Shown: piece by piece, positions 1 to 9,181 of the stretch | How the letters are laid out: every line of letters begins with the position of its first letter | How positions within the stretch are numbered: the stretch's first letter is position 1 | Origin: an uncultured Oscillospiraceae bacterium | GTDB taxonomy: Bacteria > Bacillota > Clostridia > Oscillospirales > Oscillospiraceae | Direction of reading: 5' to 3' | NCBI GenBank assembly: GCA_964499615.1 | Contig: CAZCLX010000001.1 | Span: 1 to 52,700, forward strand | DNA: 52,700 nucleotides | Made by a program: the position numbers and the translations under genes | Notes under the pieces: model-generated | Databases searched by the model: none | Seen by the model: only the letters and a program-made list of their open reading frames with translations | What the model was told of the DNA's origin: nothing

Positions 1-50
1 TGGGACAAAATCTTTCGCCACCAGCTCTTGCCGATTTATTCAGAGCTTCC
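1..50. mobile_element. Terminal fragment of an IS5-family (IS5 subgroup-like) element or derived MITE
   Basis: Near-identical inverted copy at 52650-52700 (1 mismatch in 50 nt). Terminus GGAAGCTCTGAATAA resembles the IS5 inverted repeat GGAAGGTGCGAAYAAG. Flanked by TTAA (51-54), fitting the IS5 YTAR target. No transposase in the window. Confidence 0.65.
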
Positions 51-76
51 TTAAAGATGAGAAGAGAGAAATTGTC

Positions 77-1798
77 ATGGTGTTTTTTCAGAAGCTAACG
101 AGCCGCTTTCATAAGGCCGACCCGGGGCAGCTGGGGCGGGAAATGCGCTGGCTGTGGGCGAAGGCCGGACGCTACCGTGGAAAAATTCTGGCGGTGGGTC
201 TGCTGGCGCTTGTAGGCGCGGTGATGGGTCTGGCGTCCAGCGTCGCGTCAAAATATCTGATCGACGCGGTTACCGGCGGCGGTAAGGGACTGCTTTTCCG
301 CGCTGCCGCGATTATGATTCTGATGATGCTGGGAAACCTATGCCTCCAGGCAATTTCCTCCCGGGTCAGCGCTTCCGTCCACCTCCATGTGAAAAATGAT
401 ATTCAGTACATGACCTATGGCCGGGTGCTCCGGGCCGGGTGGGAGCCTCTGGAGGCTTACCGCAGCGGCGATCTGCTGAACCGATTGACATCGGATGTGG
501 CAACCGTTTCCGACGGGGTCATTCAGTTCCTGCCCAATCTTGCCTCCTCCGGCGTGAAGTGCCTGGGCGCCTTTGCCATCATGCTCTATTACGACCCAAT
601 CATGGCGCTGATTGCCCTGCTGGGTGTTCCCATCATGCTGGGCCTATCCCGGGCGACGCTGAGAAAAATGCGTGGCCACAACCTGGAGATGAAAGAACTG
701 GCGGGGGAAGTGATGTCCTTCCAGGAGGATTCCTTCCGCAACCTCACCGGCATCAAGGCATTCTCCGCCGCCGGGCAATTTGAGGAGAACATGCGCCGCC
801 TCCAGGGAACCTATTCCGACGCGTTCCTGGCTTTCAATGCCTTTCAGATTGGCATGTCTGCCTTCCTTTCCTTGGTCAGCATGGTTGTGACGGGGGCTTG
901 CTTTGGCTGGGGCGTATACCAGCTCTGGAACGGCAGCATAACCTACGGATCCCTGACGCTGTTTTTGCAGCTGGCGGGTACGCTGCGGGGATCGTTTTCC
1001 TCCCTGGTATCGCTGGCGCAGCAGCTCATCTCCATTACGACCTCCGCCGGAAGAATTATGGCGGTGGAGGCGCTTCCGGAGGAGGTTCAGCAGATTCCTG
1101 AGGGACTGTCCGAGGAATCGACTCTGGATATTTCCCTGAAGGGAGTCTCCTTCCATTACCAAAACGGCGACTATGTGCTGGATCCCTTTGACTTTACCGC
1201 CCACCATGGCGACCTGATCGCGGTGGTCGGCCCATCCGGGGAAGGGAAAACCACATTGCTGCGGCTGCTGCTGGGACTTGTAGAGGCCAGCTCCGGGTCG
1301 TGCCGGTTGGTGGGAGCAAGCGGACGGCGCTATCCCATCTCCGCCGGAACCAGAAGGGCCTTTGCCTATGTGCCCCAGGGCAACAGCGTGTTTGCGGGAA
1401 CCGTCGCGGAGAATCTGCGGCTGATTCGTCCCGACGCTCGGGAAGAGGATATGGTACAGGCGCTGAAAATTGCCTGCGCGTGGGAATTTGTCAGCCAGTT
1501 CCCGGATGGAATCCACCACTCTCTGGGCGCCGGTGGCCGGGGAATTTCCGAGGGCCAGGCCCAGCGGATTGCCATTGCCCGGGCGCTGCTGAGCAGAGCG
1601 CCGATCCTGCTTCTGGACGAAGCAACCTCCGGACTGGATGTGGCTACCGAGCGAAAGCTGATGAATAACCTGCGGCAATGCGGCCTGCTGCAAACCTGTA
1701 TACTGGTGACTCACCGCCCGGAAAGCGCGAAGGTTTGCAGCCGAACCTATGAAATACAGCATAGACAGGTGACAGAGGTAATAGCAGATGGAGTCTGA
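77..1798 (+). CDS. ABC exporter, fused permease + ATPase
   Basis: N-terminal multi-TM domain; Walker A GPSGEGKTT; variant signature ISEGQAQR; Walker B ILLLDEATSGLD; H-loop VTHR. Confidence 0.9.
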   Translation: MVFFQKLTSRFHKADPGQLGREMRWLWAKAGRYRGKILAVGLLALVGAVMGLASSVASKYLIDAVTGGGKGLLFRAAAIMILMMLGNLCLQAISSRVSASVHLHVKNDIQYMTYGRVLRAGWEPLEAYRSGDLLNRLTSDVATVSDGVIQFLPNLASSGVKCLGAFAIMLYYDPIMALIALLGVPIMLGLSRATLRKMRGHNLEMKELAGEVMSFQEDSFRNLTGIKAFSAAGQFEENMRRLQGTYSDAFLAFNAFQIGMSAFLSLVSMVVTGACFGWGVYQLWNGSITYGSLTLFLQLAGTLRGSFSSLVSLAQQLISITTSAGRIMAVEALPEEVQQIPEGLSEESTLDISLKGVSFHYQNGDYVLDPFDFTAHHGDLIAVVGPSGEGKTTLLRLLLGLVEASSGSCRLVGASGRRYPISAGTRRAFAYVPQGNSVFAGTVAENLRLIRPDAREEDMVQALKIACAWEFVSQFPDGIHHSLGAGGRGISEGQAQRIAIARALLSRAPILLLDEATSGLDVATERKLMNNLRQCGLLQTCILVTHRPESAKVCSRTYEIQHRQVTEVIADGV

Positions 1799-2273
1799 TG
1801 TGAAGATTTTCTCTCCAGGCGTACTGATGGATCCGCTGCTGGATCTGATGAATGACGCGGAATATGTTCCGCTGGTGATCAGCGGCTATAGTATGACCCC
1901 ATTCCTGGTGCATAGCCGGGATACGGTCTACCTATCCAAGGTGAAGCGACCGCTAAAACGGGGCGACATGATCCTGTACCGCCGGGACAGCGGTTCCTAT
2001 GTCCTGCACCGGATTTACCGGGTGGAATCCGGCACCTATACCATGGTCGGGGACGCCCAAACCCAAGTGGAACGGGGCATTCGCCCGGATCAGGTTCAGG
2101 CGCTGGTGACCGCTGTGCGCCGCAAAGGGAAACTCCTGCGGCCCGGCTGCTTCTGGTGGGATTTTTTTGAAAAGGCGTGGATCCGTCTGCGATTTCTGCG
2201 GCCAGGAATCGTTGCCGCTTATTCCCGATTGACCGGTTTGGTTCGGCGAAAAGCAATGGAGAGTTCGGAATGA
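1788..2273 (+). CDS. S24/S26 family peptidase (signal peptidase-like)
   Basis: ISGYSMTPFL (catalytic Ser box), RGDMILY, YVLHRI, MVGDA; overlaps both neighbours. Confidence 0.8.
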   Translation: MESDVKIFSPGVLMDPLLDLMNDAEYVPLVISGYSMTPFLVHSRDTVYLSKVKRPLKRGDMILYRRDSGSYVLHRIYRVESGTYTMVGDAQTQVERGIRPDQVQALVTAVRRKGKLLRPGCFWWDFFEKAWIRLRFLRPGIVAAYSRLTGLVRRKAMESSE

Positions 2274-2998
2274 TCGATTTACACAGCCATATTTTGCCGG
2301 GACTGGACGATGGCGCCCAAAGTCTGGAGGATTCCCTTGCAATGGCGCGAATGGCAGTGGACAGCGGCGTGACCGCCATGGCGGCGACGCCCCACTGCCT
2401 GGACGATAGATCCCGGGAGGTATACGACGCCTGGAAGCTTCTCCGCCAGGCACTGAAGGAAGCTGGAATTCCTCTGAGACTTTGCCTGGGAATGGAAATC
2501 TTTGGCACCCGGGACACGGCGCGACTGCTTCAGGAGGGCCGGCTGTTCACCCTGAACGGCTCCCGGTATCCCCTGATTGAGTTCTCCTTCCATTCCAGCG
2601 GGGAGGAGGAGACCTGGATTCTCCACAGCGTGTGTAAGGCGGGCTATACGCCCATCGTTGCCCACCCGGAGCGCTATACTTATGTCCAGCAGAACCCGGA
2701 AATCGTCAACCGTTGGCGGCGAATGGGCTGCCTGCTCCAGGTAAACCGGGGAAGCTTGCTGGGACGCTTCGGCGTCAGCGCCCAGGAGATGGGGGCGGAA
2801 CTGGTGGAGCGGGGCTTTGCCGCCGCGGTTGCCACCGATGCCCATTCCTCCCGGATGCGCACGCCCTGGATGAAAGATGTCCGGCAGATGCTGGCCAGGC
2901 AGATTTCTCCTCTCTGCGCCAGAACACTGCTCCAGGACAACCCCAGGAGAATCCTGAAAAATGAATTGCTCCCTTCGGCAGAGCCGGAGTGGTTTTGA
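2270..2998 (+). CDS. cpsB: CpsB/CapC/YwqE-type PHP-family protein tyrosine phosphatase
   Basis: MIDLHSHILPGLDDGA, ATPH, AHPERY, TDAH motifs; start reassigned to ATG 2270 (ATGA overlap). Confidence 0.9.
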   Translation: MIDLHSHILPGLDDGAQSLEDSLAMARMAVDSGVTAMAATPHCLDDRSREVYDAWKLLRQALKEAGIPLRLCLGMEIFGTRDTARLLQEGRLFTLNGSRYPLIEFSFHSSGEEETWILHSVCKAGYTPIVAHPERYTYVQQNPEIVNRWRRMGCLLQVNRGSLLGRFGVSAQEMGAELVERGFAAAVATDAHSSRMRTPWMKDVRQMLARQISPLCARTLLQDNPRRILKNELLPSAEPEWF

Positions 2999-3016
2999 TA
3001 AAGAGGGCGAAGGAAC

Positions 3017-3889
3017 ATGAAAAAGAAGAATTGGCTTCTGCTGCTGCTGATCGGGCTGTGTCTGGTGGTTTTCTTCGGCTACCGGACGGTGGATCAGATG
3101 CGGACGGACACCCGTCCGCCGGAAATTATGGTGGATTCTCAGCCTCTGGAGATTTCCGTGGGGGATCCCCAAAGTATGCTTCTCCAGGATGTCTCCGCGT
3201 GGGACAGCAACGACGGAGATGTGACGGCTTCCCTGGTGGTGGAGAGCGTCACACTCCTGGACGGCAGCGGCAATATCTCCGTGCGCTACGCGGCTTTCGA
3301 CGGCGCCGGAAACGTGGCAAAGGCGGACCGGGAGGCCCGCTACACCGACTACCAAAGCCCCAGGTTTACCCTGAGCGCCCCGCTGCTGTACCCCTACGGC
3401 TACAGCTTTGACATTATGAGCACCATCGGCGCGACGGATGTGGTGGATGGGGACATTCAGCACCGCATTCGCGCCACAGCCACGGAGGACACCGCGATTT
3501 CCACGCTGGGAACGCACGAGGTTCAGTTCCAGGTGACCAACTCCCTGAAAGACACGGTAACGGTGTGCTTCCCGGTGGAGGTCTATGCGGCGGATTCCTA
3601 TAATGCCTCCCTGAGCCTGACAGACTATCTCATCTATCTGCCGGTAGGTGCGGAATTTGAAGCAAAGGATTACCTGGATTCTTTCACCGCCCAGGGGCAG
3701 ACCAGCAGCCTCAAGGGGGGACTGCCGGAGAATTTCGCGCTGAAAACCCGGGGCCAGGTGCAGACCGGCACGCCGGGCACCTACACGCTTGAATACAGGG
3801 TGACCTACACGGATCGTAACGAAACGAACCGGGATTTGGACCGGCAATATACCGGCTACTCCAAACTGATTGTTGTGGTGGAAGGATAG
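3017..3889 (+). CDS. Membrane-anchored protein with repeated Ig-like (DUF5011-like) beta domains
   Basis: N-terminal TM; repeated AxD..DGD motifs (VSAWDSNDGDVT, IGATDVVDGDIQ); GTYTLEYRVT. Confidence 0.6.
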   Translation: MKKKNWLLLLLIGLCLVVFFGYRTVDQMRTDTRPPEIMVDSQPLEISVGDPQSMLLQDVSAWDSNDGDVTASLVVESVTLLDGSGNISVRYAAFDGAGNVAKADREARYTDYQSPRFTLSAPLLYPYGYSFDIMSTIGATDVVDGDIQHRIRATATEDTAISTLGTHEVQFQVTNSLKDTVTVCFPVEVYAADSYNASLSLTDYLIYLPVGAEFEAKDYLDSFTAQGQTSSLKGGLPENFALKTRGQVQTGTPGTYTLEYRVTYTDRNETNRDLDRQYTGYSKLIVVVEG

Positions 3890-3892
3890 ACA

Positions 3893-5329
3893 ATGGAAAA
3901 TACAAACGATCTGCATAGGGGAAATACCGGCCTGCTGCCCTTTGACCCCATCGTTCTTTTACAGGATGTGGCGAAGCGGTGGCTTGCAATTGTGCTGGCA
4001 GCACTGGTGGTTGGTGTCAGCGTATTTATCTACACGGATATGAGCTATGAGCCACTCTACAGGACTACCACGACTTTTGTAGTCACCACAAGAGGCAGCT
4101 CCACTACGGTATATTCCAACCTTTCCTCCACCAGCAATTTGGCAAGCTTGTTTACCGGTCTGCTGAACAGCTCCATTATGCGCAAAACCGTTGCCCAGGA
4201 GCTGGGTGTCCCGTCGATCAGCGGAACAGTGGACACTGCGGTGATCCCCAATACCAACCTGATCACCATGACGGTGACGGATACCAATCCCCGAATGGCG
4301 TTCCTGACGGCGCAGACCATCATCGATCACCATGAGTCCCTGACCTATCAGGTGGTGGACGGTATCATCCTGGAGGTGCTCCAGAGCCCGGTAGTGCCTA
4401 CCGCCCCCATCAACCAGGCTGACGCAATGGGCAAGATGAAAAAAGGAATGGTTCTTGCCGCCCTTGCTGCCACAGCACTGCTGGCGCTTGCCTCCTATCA
4501 GAAAGACGCGGTGCGCAGCGGAAATGAGGCGCGGAAAAAGCTGGACTGTGACTATCTGGGGGAAATCGACCACGAAAACAAATACAAAACCCTGGCTGCC
4601 CGCCTTCGCCGCCGGAAGACCAGTATTCTGATCAATAACCCGCTGACCAGCTTCCGGTTCGTGGAATCCATTCGCAAGCTTTGCCGCCGGGTGGAGCAGT
4701 ATATGGGCAGTGACAAGGTGCTTATGGTCACAAGCCTGCTGGAAAACGAAGGCAAGTCCACCATCGCGGTCAACCTGGCGCTGGCAATGGAGCAAAAGGG
4801 AAAGCGCGTGCTCCTGATCGACTGCGACCTGCATAAGCCTGCCTGCCATGTAGTGCTGGATAAAAAGCAATTTACCTATGGCATTCGGGAGGCCCTGCTG
4901 GGAAACGGAGATTTAGCAGACTGCTTCCTGCGGTATAAAAATACCGATATGTATATGCTGCTGGCAAGAAAAGGGGAACGGGACGTCAGCGACCTGATCA
5001 CCTCCCAGCGGATGGAGGCGCTGCTGAACTGGGCACGAAAAAATTTCGATTTCATTGTGCTGGATCTGCCCCCAATGAACGCAGCATCGGATGCGGAGGG
5101 AATGGCCAACCTGGCGGATGTCAGCCTTCTGGTGGTTCGTCAGAACGCGGCAGTCGCGCCTGCGCTTAACAATGCCATTGGCGCCCTGGAGGGCCATAGG
5201 GCAAAGCTGCTGGGCTGTGTGCTGAACAATGTATACGCTACCCGGCTGTCCTCTGGAGCGGGCTATGGTGGCTACAAAGAATACAGCCATTATGGCCACT
5301 ATGGCCACTATGGTTCAAGTAGGAAATAG
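3893..5329 (+). CDS. Wzc-like fused chain-length determinant + BY-kinase (copy 1)
   Basis: Two TMs flanking an external loop; Walker A SLLENEGKST; LLIDCDL; IVLDLPP; C-terminal Tyr cluster GYGGYKEYSHYGHYGHYG. Confidence 0.88.
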   Translation: MENTNDLHRGNTGLLPFDPIVLLQDVAKRWLAIVLAALVVGVSVFIYTDMSYEPLYRTTTTFVVTTRGSSTTVYSNLSSTSNLASLFTGLLNSSIMRKTVAQELGVPSISGTVDTAVIPNTNLITMTVTDTNPRMAFLTAQTIIDHHESLTYQVVDGIILEVLQSPVVPTAPINQADAMGKMKKGMVLAALAATALLALASYQKDAVRSGNEARKKLDCDYLGEIDHENKYKTLAARLRRRKTSILINNPLTSFRFVESIRKLCRRVEQYMGSDKVLMVTSLLENEGKSTIAVNLALAMEQKGKRVLLIDCDLHKPACHVVLDKKQFTYGIREALLGNGDLADCFLRYKNTDMYMLLARKGERDVSDLITSQRMEALLNWARKNFDFIVLDLPPMNAASDAEGMANLADVSLLVVRQNAAVAPALNNAIGALEGHRAKLLGCVLNNVYATRLSSGAGYGGYKEYSHYGHYGHYGSSRK

Positions 5330-5340
5330 GAAGGGCTGCT

Positions 5341-6765
5341 ATGGAAATCGAAGAAAAGGATCAACAGAAACTGGATTTATTTGTGCTGCTGGAGGATTTC
5401 CTCCGCCAGGCAAAACGAACCTGGCTGCTGGGTCTGGTACTGATTTTGCTGTGCGCCGGAGGGATGACATTTCTGCGGTACCGATCCTATCGGCCCACCT
5501 ATGAAGCCTATGCTTCCTTCACGGTTCGGGTGGCAAATCCTCTCTATGCCAGCGTTGGCAGCTACAATGAAAAAACGGCGCAGGTTATGGCGGATACTTT
5601 CCCCTCTATCCTGACCAGCGGACTACTCCAAAATCGGGTCAAGGAGGAGCTGGGGATCAGTCAGGTACCGGCAATATCGGTTTCAGCATCGGCCCAGGCA
5701 AGCATTCTGACACTGCAAGTACAGGATTCAGATCCGCAGCGAGCTTACGATGTGCTCAACGCTGTAATGAAATGCTACCCGGAAGTGGCGGAATTTGTCG
5801 TCGGATCTACGGTGCTTGTGCTGCTGGACGAAAGCGGCGTCCCCACGCAGCCGGTTGCCACATTCCATTTCCAGTACTACATTCTCCGAGGCGCGGGAAT
5901 CGGTGCGCTGCTCTGGTGCGCGCTGATAGCGGTTTTGGTTCTGCTGAAAAATACCATCCATAATGAAGAAGAGCTGCGCCAGACCTTAAACACACATTGC
6001 CTTGGCCAGATTCCTGCTATCAAGGTAACTCGGAAAATGCCTTATCCTCTGATTCAGCGGCTTAAAAATGAATCCGGCTTTTCAGAGTCCATCCGGCTTC
6101 TCCGCCTGCGGGTAGAGAATGCCATGAAGGAAGAGGGGAAGAGGGTCCTCCTGGTCTCCAGCGCCGTTCCCGGCGAAGGAAAAACGACGATTTCTGTGAA
6201 TCTGGCAGTCTCTTTGGCGCAAAAAGGGAAAAAGGTGCTGCTGATCGACTGCGATCTGCGCAACTCCTCTGTAGTGAGTACTTTGTCTACAAAAGGGAAT
6301 CCCTTGACCAGTAAGTTTAACCTTGTGGACTTTATAGAGGGCCGTATCACCATCGCGGAAATGATTCAGTCCACGGAAGTGGATGGCCTGTTTGTGGTGC
6401 CCGGTGGGCCGAATGATAAAACGGACCATTCCGAACTGCTGTCCAAGGAACGGATGCCCCGGCTGATTCAAGCTGCGCGAAAGCTGTATGATTATGTGAT
6501 TCTTGATACGCCTCCCTGCTCCCTGCTGGCGGACGCCGCGGTGGTAGCCGAGGTTGCCGAAGTGGGACTGATGGTTATTCGGCAGGATTTTGCCTCCCGG
6601 GAGCAGATCCTGGACGGCGTACAGCGCCTTACTGATGGGAAGCTTCCTATCATTGGCTGCGTGTTTAACAACGTGCGTAAAGGCATTTCCGGTAGTTACG
6701 GATATGGGTATGGATACGGATATGGCTACGGTTATGGTTATGGATACGGCAGAAAAACGAAATAA
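5341..6765 (+). CDS. Wzc-like fused chain-length determinant + BY-kinase (copy 2)
   Basis: Two TMs; Walker A SAVPGEGKTT; LLIDCDLR; VILDTPP; (YG)9 tail. Confidence 0.9.
   Translation: MEIEEKDQQKLDLFVLLEDFLRQAKRTWLLGLVLILLCAGGMTFLRYRSYRPTYEAYASFTVRVANPLYASVGSYNEKTAQVMADTFPSILTSGLLQNRVKEELGISQVPAISVSASAQASILTLQVQDSDPQRAYDVLNAVMKCYPEVAEFVVGSTVLVLLDESGVPTQPVATFHFQYYILRGAGIGALLWCALIAVLVLLKNTIHNEEELRQTLNTHCLGQIPAIKVTRKMPYPLIQRLKNESGFSESIRLLRLRVENAMKEEGKRVLLVSSAVPGEGKTTISVNLAVSLAQKGKKVLLIDCDLRNSSVVSTLSTKGNPLTSKFNLVDFIEGRITIAEMIQSTEVDGLFVVPGGPNDKTDHSELLSKERMPRLIQAARKLYDYVILDTPPCSLLADAAVVAEVAEVGLMVIRQDFASREQILDGVQRLTDGKLPIIGCVFNNVRKGISGSYGYGYGYGYGYGYGYGYGRKTK
6697..6750 (+). repeat. Degenerate 6-nt coding repeat (TAY-GGN)x9 encoding the Tyr-Gly autophosphorylation tail
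   Basis: tacgga tatggg tatgga tacgga tatggc tacggt tatggt tatgga tacggc. Confidence 0.9.
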
Positions 6766-6803
6766 AAATCAAGGACCGCGTTTTTCGCGGCCCTTGATTT
6801 TTT
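6764..6803. terminator. Probable bidirectional intrinsic terminator between convergent operons
   Basis: AAAAATCAAGGACCGCG-TTTTT-CGCGGCCCTTGATTTTTT hairpin with A/T tracts on both sides. Confidence 0.8.
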
Positions 6804-6814
6804 AAAATGTGCTT

Positions 6815-7939
6815 CTATTCTGCTGGAACACAGAATTTGTCCACCACAAAATCGTGAAGCCAGGTTTCATCCGGATAGAATTCGGCATACGTTTCACCCA
6901 TTACGGTTTCTCCGGGAAGGGACACTACCGTATCTGAGGTGAAGCTCATTTTGCCAATGTTCTGGGCAAGGAAGGTAATTTCCACCAAGTCCAAATCGGT
7001 GGTAACCTGCCCACTGAGACGGTTCAGAAAATCCAGCGCTACCGTGGGGTCTGCGGCAATTTTGTCCTTACATTGGTTAAACAGCGCCTTCAGAACAGCC
7101 ATGCTTCTCTCGCCTCTGTCATAGGCACCATCCAGCTGATTGATATTTCGGTACGTAATAAACTTGCTTAGATAATAATTGTTCAGCGTTGCTGTTTTGC
7201 CGCTGGTAAAGGAAGAGGAAATTTCAGGATAGTCCTGGTCAAAGGTAATGGTGATGCCGCCGACCATATCGTTTAATGTGTACAGCGCATTATAGTCCAG
7301 AGCAGCGTAGCGATTCACCGGCACGCCGTACAGCAGACGGGACACCGCGTCAGCAGTTAGGCGGCAGCTAAGATCTTTGCCGTCCCCATAGCTGTGGGCA
7401 GTGGTAATGTTGCTGCTGATGGTATCGTAGTACTTGCCGTCCGCATCCATGACGATTACATCAGCCATGGTATCCCGTGGGATATACAGAATGGAAAAGG
7501 AAAAAGTGTTGACATCAAGGATCACTAGGCCCATCACATCGGCATTGCCGCCGTTAGACAGCATATCTCCGTACCAGTGGCGGGAATCACTCATGTAATC
7601 GATGCCCATAAGGAGAATGGCAATCACATCATCCCGGTAGTTATAGGCATTGCCACTGTCATCGACCCAGTCCGCGACGACAGCTGGCATCGTTTGTGTC
7701 TCTGCCGAAGGGGCGGAAGGGGAGTCCCCGACAGACTCCGCTTGAGGAATCATTTCGGCGATGCTTCCTCTGGAGGCAAACATTCCTCCACGGATACTGC
7801 TGGAGTACCACACAAAAATACCAATACCAATAGCTACAAAAACCAGAAGTGCCGCCAGCGAGCTTAGCACGATGGCGGTTACTTTCAGGGGAGTTGCTTT
7901 TTGCTTTTTTCGGAGAAATTTTCCTTTTGAAGTGTTCAT
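6815..7939 (-). CDS. LCP (LytR-CpsA-Psr) family protein
   Basis: Basic N-terminus + TM; ILLMGID, ILYIPRDT, AHSYG, YAALDY, VGGITI, DRGER, TTDL. Confidence 0.85.
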   Translation of the reverse strand: MNTSKGKFLRKKQKATPLKVTAIVLSSLAALLVFVAIGIGIFVWYSSSIRGGMFASRGSIAEMIPQAESVGDSPSAPSAETQTMPAVVADWVDDSGNAYNYRDDVIAILLMGIDYMSDSRHWYGDMLSNGGNADVMGLVILDVNTFSFSILYIPRDTMADVIVMDADGKYYDTISSNITTAHSYGDGKDLSCRLTADAVSRLLYGVPVNRYAALDYNALYTLNDMVGGITITFDQDYPEISSSFTSGKTATLNNYYLSKFITYRNINQLDGAYDRGERSMAVLKALFNQCKDKIAADPTVALDFLNRLSGQVTTDLDLVEITFLAQNIGKMSFTSDTVVSLPGETVMGETYAEFYPDETWLHDFVVDKFCVPAE

Positions 7940-8796
7940 GATTCGTTTGTATCCTCGTCAACTGACGGAGCTTCCGCGAATTTGCCTAATTCCTCACTGA
8001 TGAGCACACCGTGCAAGACAAACCGGTAGGACGGATTGCCTATGCAGGTGGAAAGGGTAACAATTCTATCGGAGGGCGTGACTTCGTACTCCGGCTTGAA
8101 CAGTGCCATATCCGTGCGGGCATATATGCTCTCAATGTACTGCTCCTTTAGCTCCTGTGTGGAGAAATCATTATTCACGATAATGTTCAAATTATCGTTG
8201 CGGTACAGAGCAAAGATTTCGTAGGTCAGCACCCGATCAGGGGTGTAGATAGTGAACTGCCCATACGTGTCAAAAAATTCCTTGTTCCGGAAGTTGTGGA
8301 GCGGAGCAAACATATGCCCATCCAGATTGTTGTGACCGTAAACCACCGTGTTGAAATCCGTAAAATCGTTGGCATTTTCACCTAAAACAAAGATGGAACC
8401 GTAGTTTGTGTAAGTCCCTTCGTAATTATGCTTCAGATAGTAACGGTTATATGTGGTGTCATATAGAATGGGAAAATCAATATCCGTGCCATCCACCGTG
8501 ATCCAGCCAATAATATCCGGGTTCTTCTCCTGCAGGAATTCAAAGTTGATGGGTATGTCCACGAGGACGGGCTGAGTTTCCTCTACGATCTCCTCTGCCT
8601 CTGTTGGTACAGTGGCCACTGTGGAAACTGTAGGAACCGAGGGAGAAACAGCTCTGGCATCCTTTGCAAGCTGGGCATAGTCACTTCGGGATTCGCTGAG
8701 AGAAAACAGCAGGAATCCAATCGCACCCAAAGCAACCAAAACAATGGAAAAACTGACAATGCAAATAATCAGGTAAAGACGTTTCTTGTTTCGCAT
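7936..8796 (-). CDS. srtB: Class B sortase
   Basis: N-terminal TM; NPDIIGWI, IDFPI, GSIF, VVYGHN (His), VTLSTC (Cys), downstream Arg in YRFVLHG. Confidence 0.9.
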   Translation of the reverse strand: MRNKKRLYLIICIVSFSIVLVALGAIGFLLFSLSESRSDYAQLAKDARAVSPSVPTVSTVATVPTEAEEIVEETQPVLVDIPINFEFLQEKNPDIIGWITVDGTDIDFPILYDTTYNRYYLKHNYEGTYTNYGSIFVLGENANDFTDFNTVVYGHNNLDGHMFAPLHNFRNKEFFDTYGQFTIYTPDRVLTYEIFALYRNDNLNIIVNNDFSTQELKEQYIESIYARTDMALFKPEYEVTPSDRIVTLSTCIGNPSYRFVLHGVLISEELGKFAEAPSVDEDTNES

Positions 8797-8805
8797 TTTA
8801 ATAAT

Positions 8806-8840
8806 TTTAATGGAGCGATAAAATTCACCGCCCCATTAAA
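8806..8840 (-). terminator. Stem-loop between the micro-substrate gene and srtB (partial terminator or mRNA stabiliser)
   Basis: Minus strand TTTAATGGGGCGGT...ATCGCTCCATTAAA; the mismatches are G-U pairs only on the minus-strand RNA. Confidence 0.6.
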
Positions 8841-8845
8841 CCTCG

Positions 8846-9061
8846 TTATTCTTTGCTTTTTTTGTAAGCAACTGCACCTATACCCCCTGCAGTGCAAGCG
8901 GTAATTGCAAGCACAACAACCGCGACAGAGCCAGTCCGGGGAGAACTGGTGTCGCCGCCAGTGTAACCGCCCTGATTGCTCTTAACATCGGAAGCAAAGG
9001 CCGTGACGGACAAACTCAAACACAAAACGAATGCAACAATAAAGGTTACAAGCTTTCTCAT
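8846..9061 (-). CDS. 71-aa secreted micro-protein with sortase sorting signal (SPRTG + TM + KKSKE)
   Basis: Signal peptide MRK...VTAFA; short linker; SPRTG; hydrophobic segment; basic tail; strong RBS GGAAGGAG; directly upstream of srtB. Confidence 0.85.
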   Translation of the reverse strand: MRKLVTFIVAFVLCLSLSVTAFASDVKSNQGGYTGGDTSSPRTGSVAVVVLAITACTAGGIGAVAYKKSKE

Positions 9062-9181
9062 TTCATTTACTCCTTCCTATCATCATTAAAATAACAAGCA
9101 TTGCTTATATGGATCAGCGAGCAGAGCCCTAGCATCGCCGAAGACACAGTTAAGATACAGCTTGCCTTTTACTTGCTTCAT

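Noticed and set aside
77-2273. Lasso peptide or other RiPP cluster
   Set aside because: No cyclase, RRE, radical SAM enzyme or RiPP-style precursor in the window; cannot be excluded beyond the left edge.
2279-3916. Long antisense ORFs (this one, 12559-13998, 29818-31311 and others)
   Set aside because: Shadows of high-GC3 genes on the opposite strand, with no motifs or RBS.
9100-9175. Riboswitch or LoaP-type C(UUCG)G hairpin in the micro-ORF leader
   Set aside because: CTTCGG is present but the stem is weak, and I recognise no riboswitch consensus; an Rfam scan would be needed.
9086-9181. 31-aa ORF MKQVKGK...CLLF as a leader peptide
   Set aside because: Its ATG directly abuts the -10 hexamer, upstream of the expected transcription start, and has no RBS.
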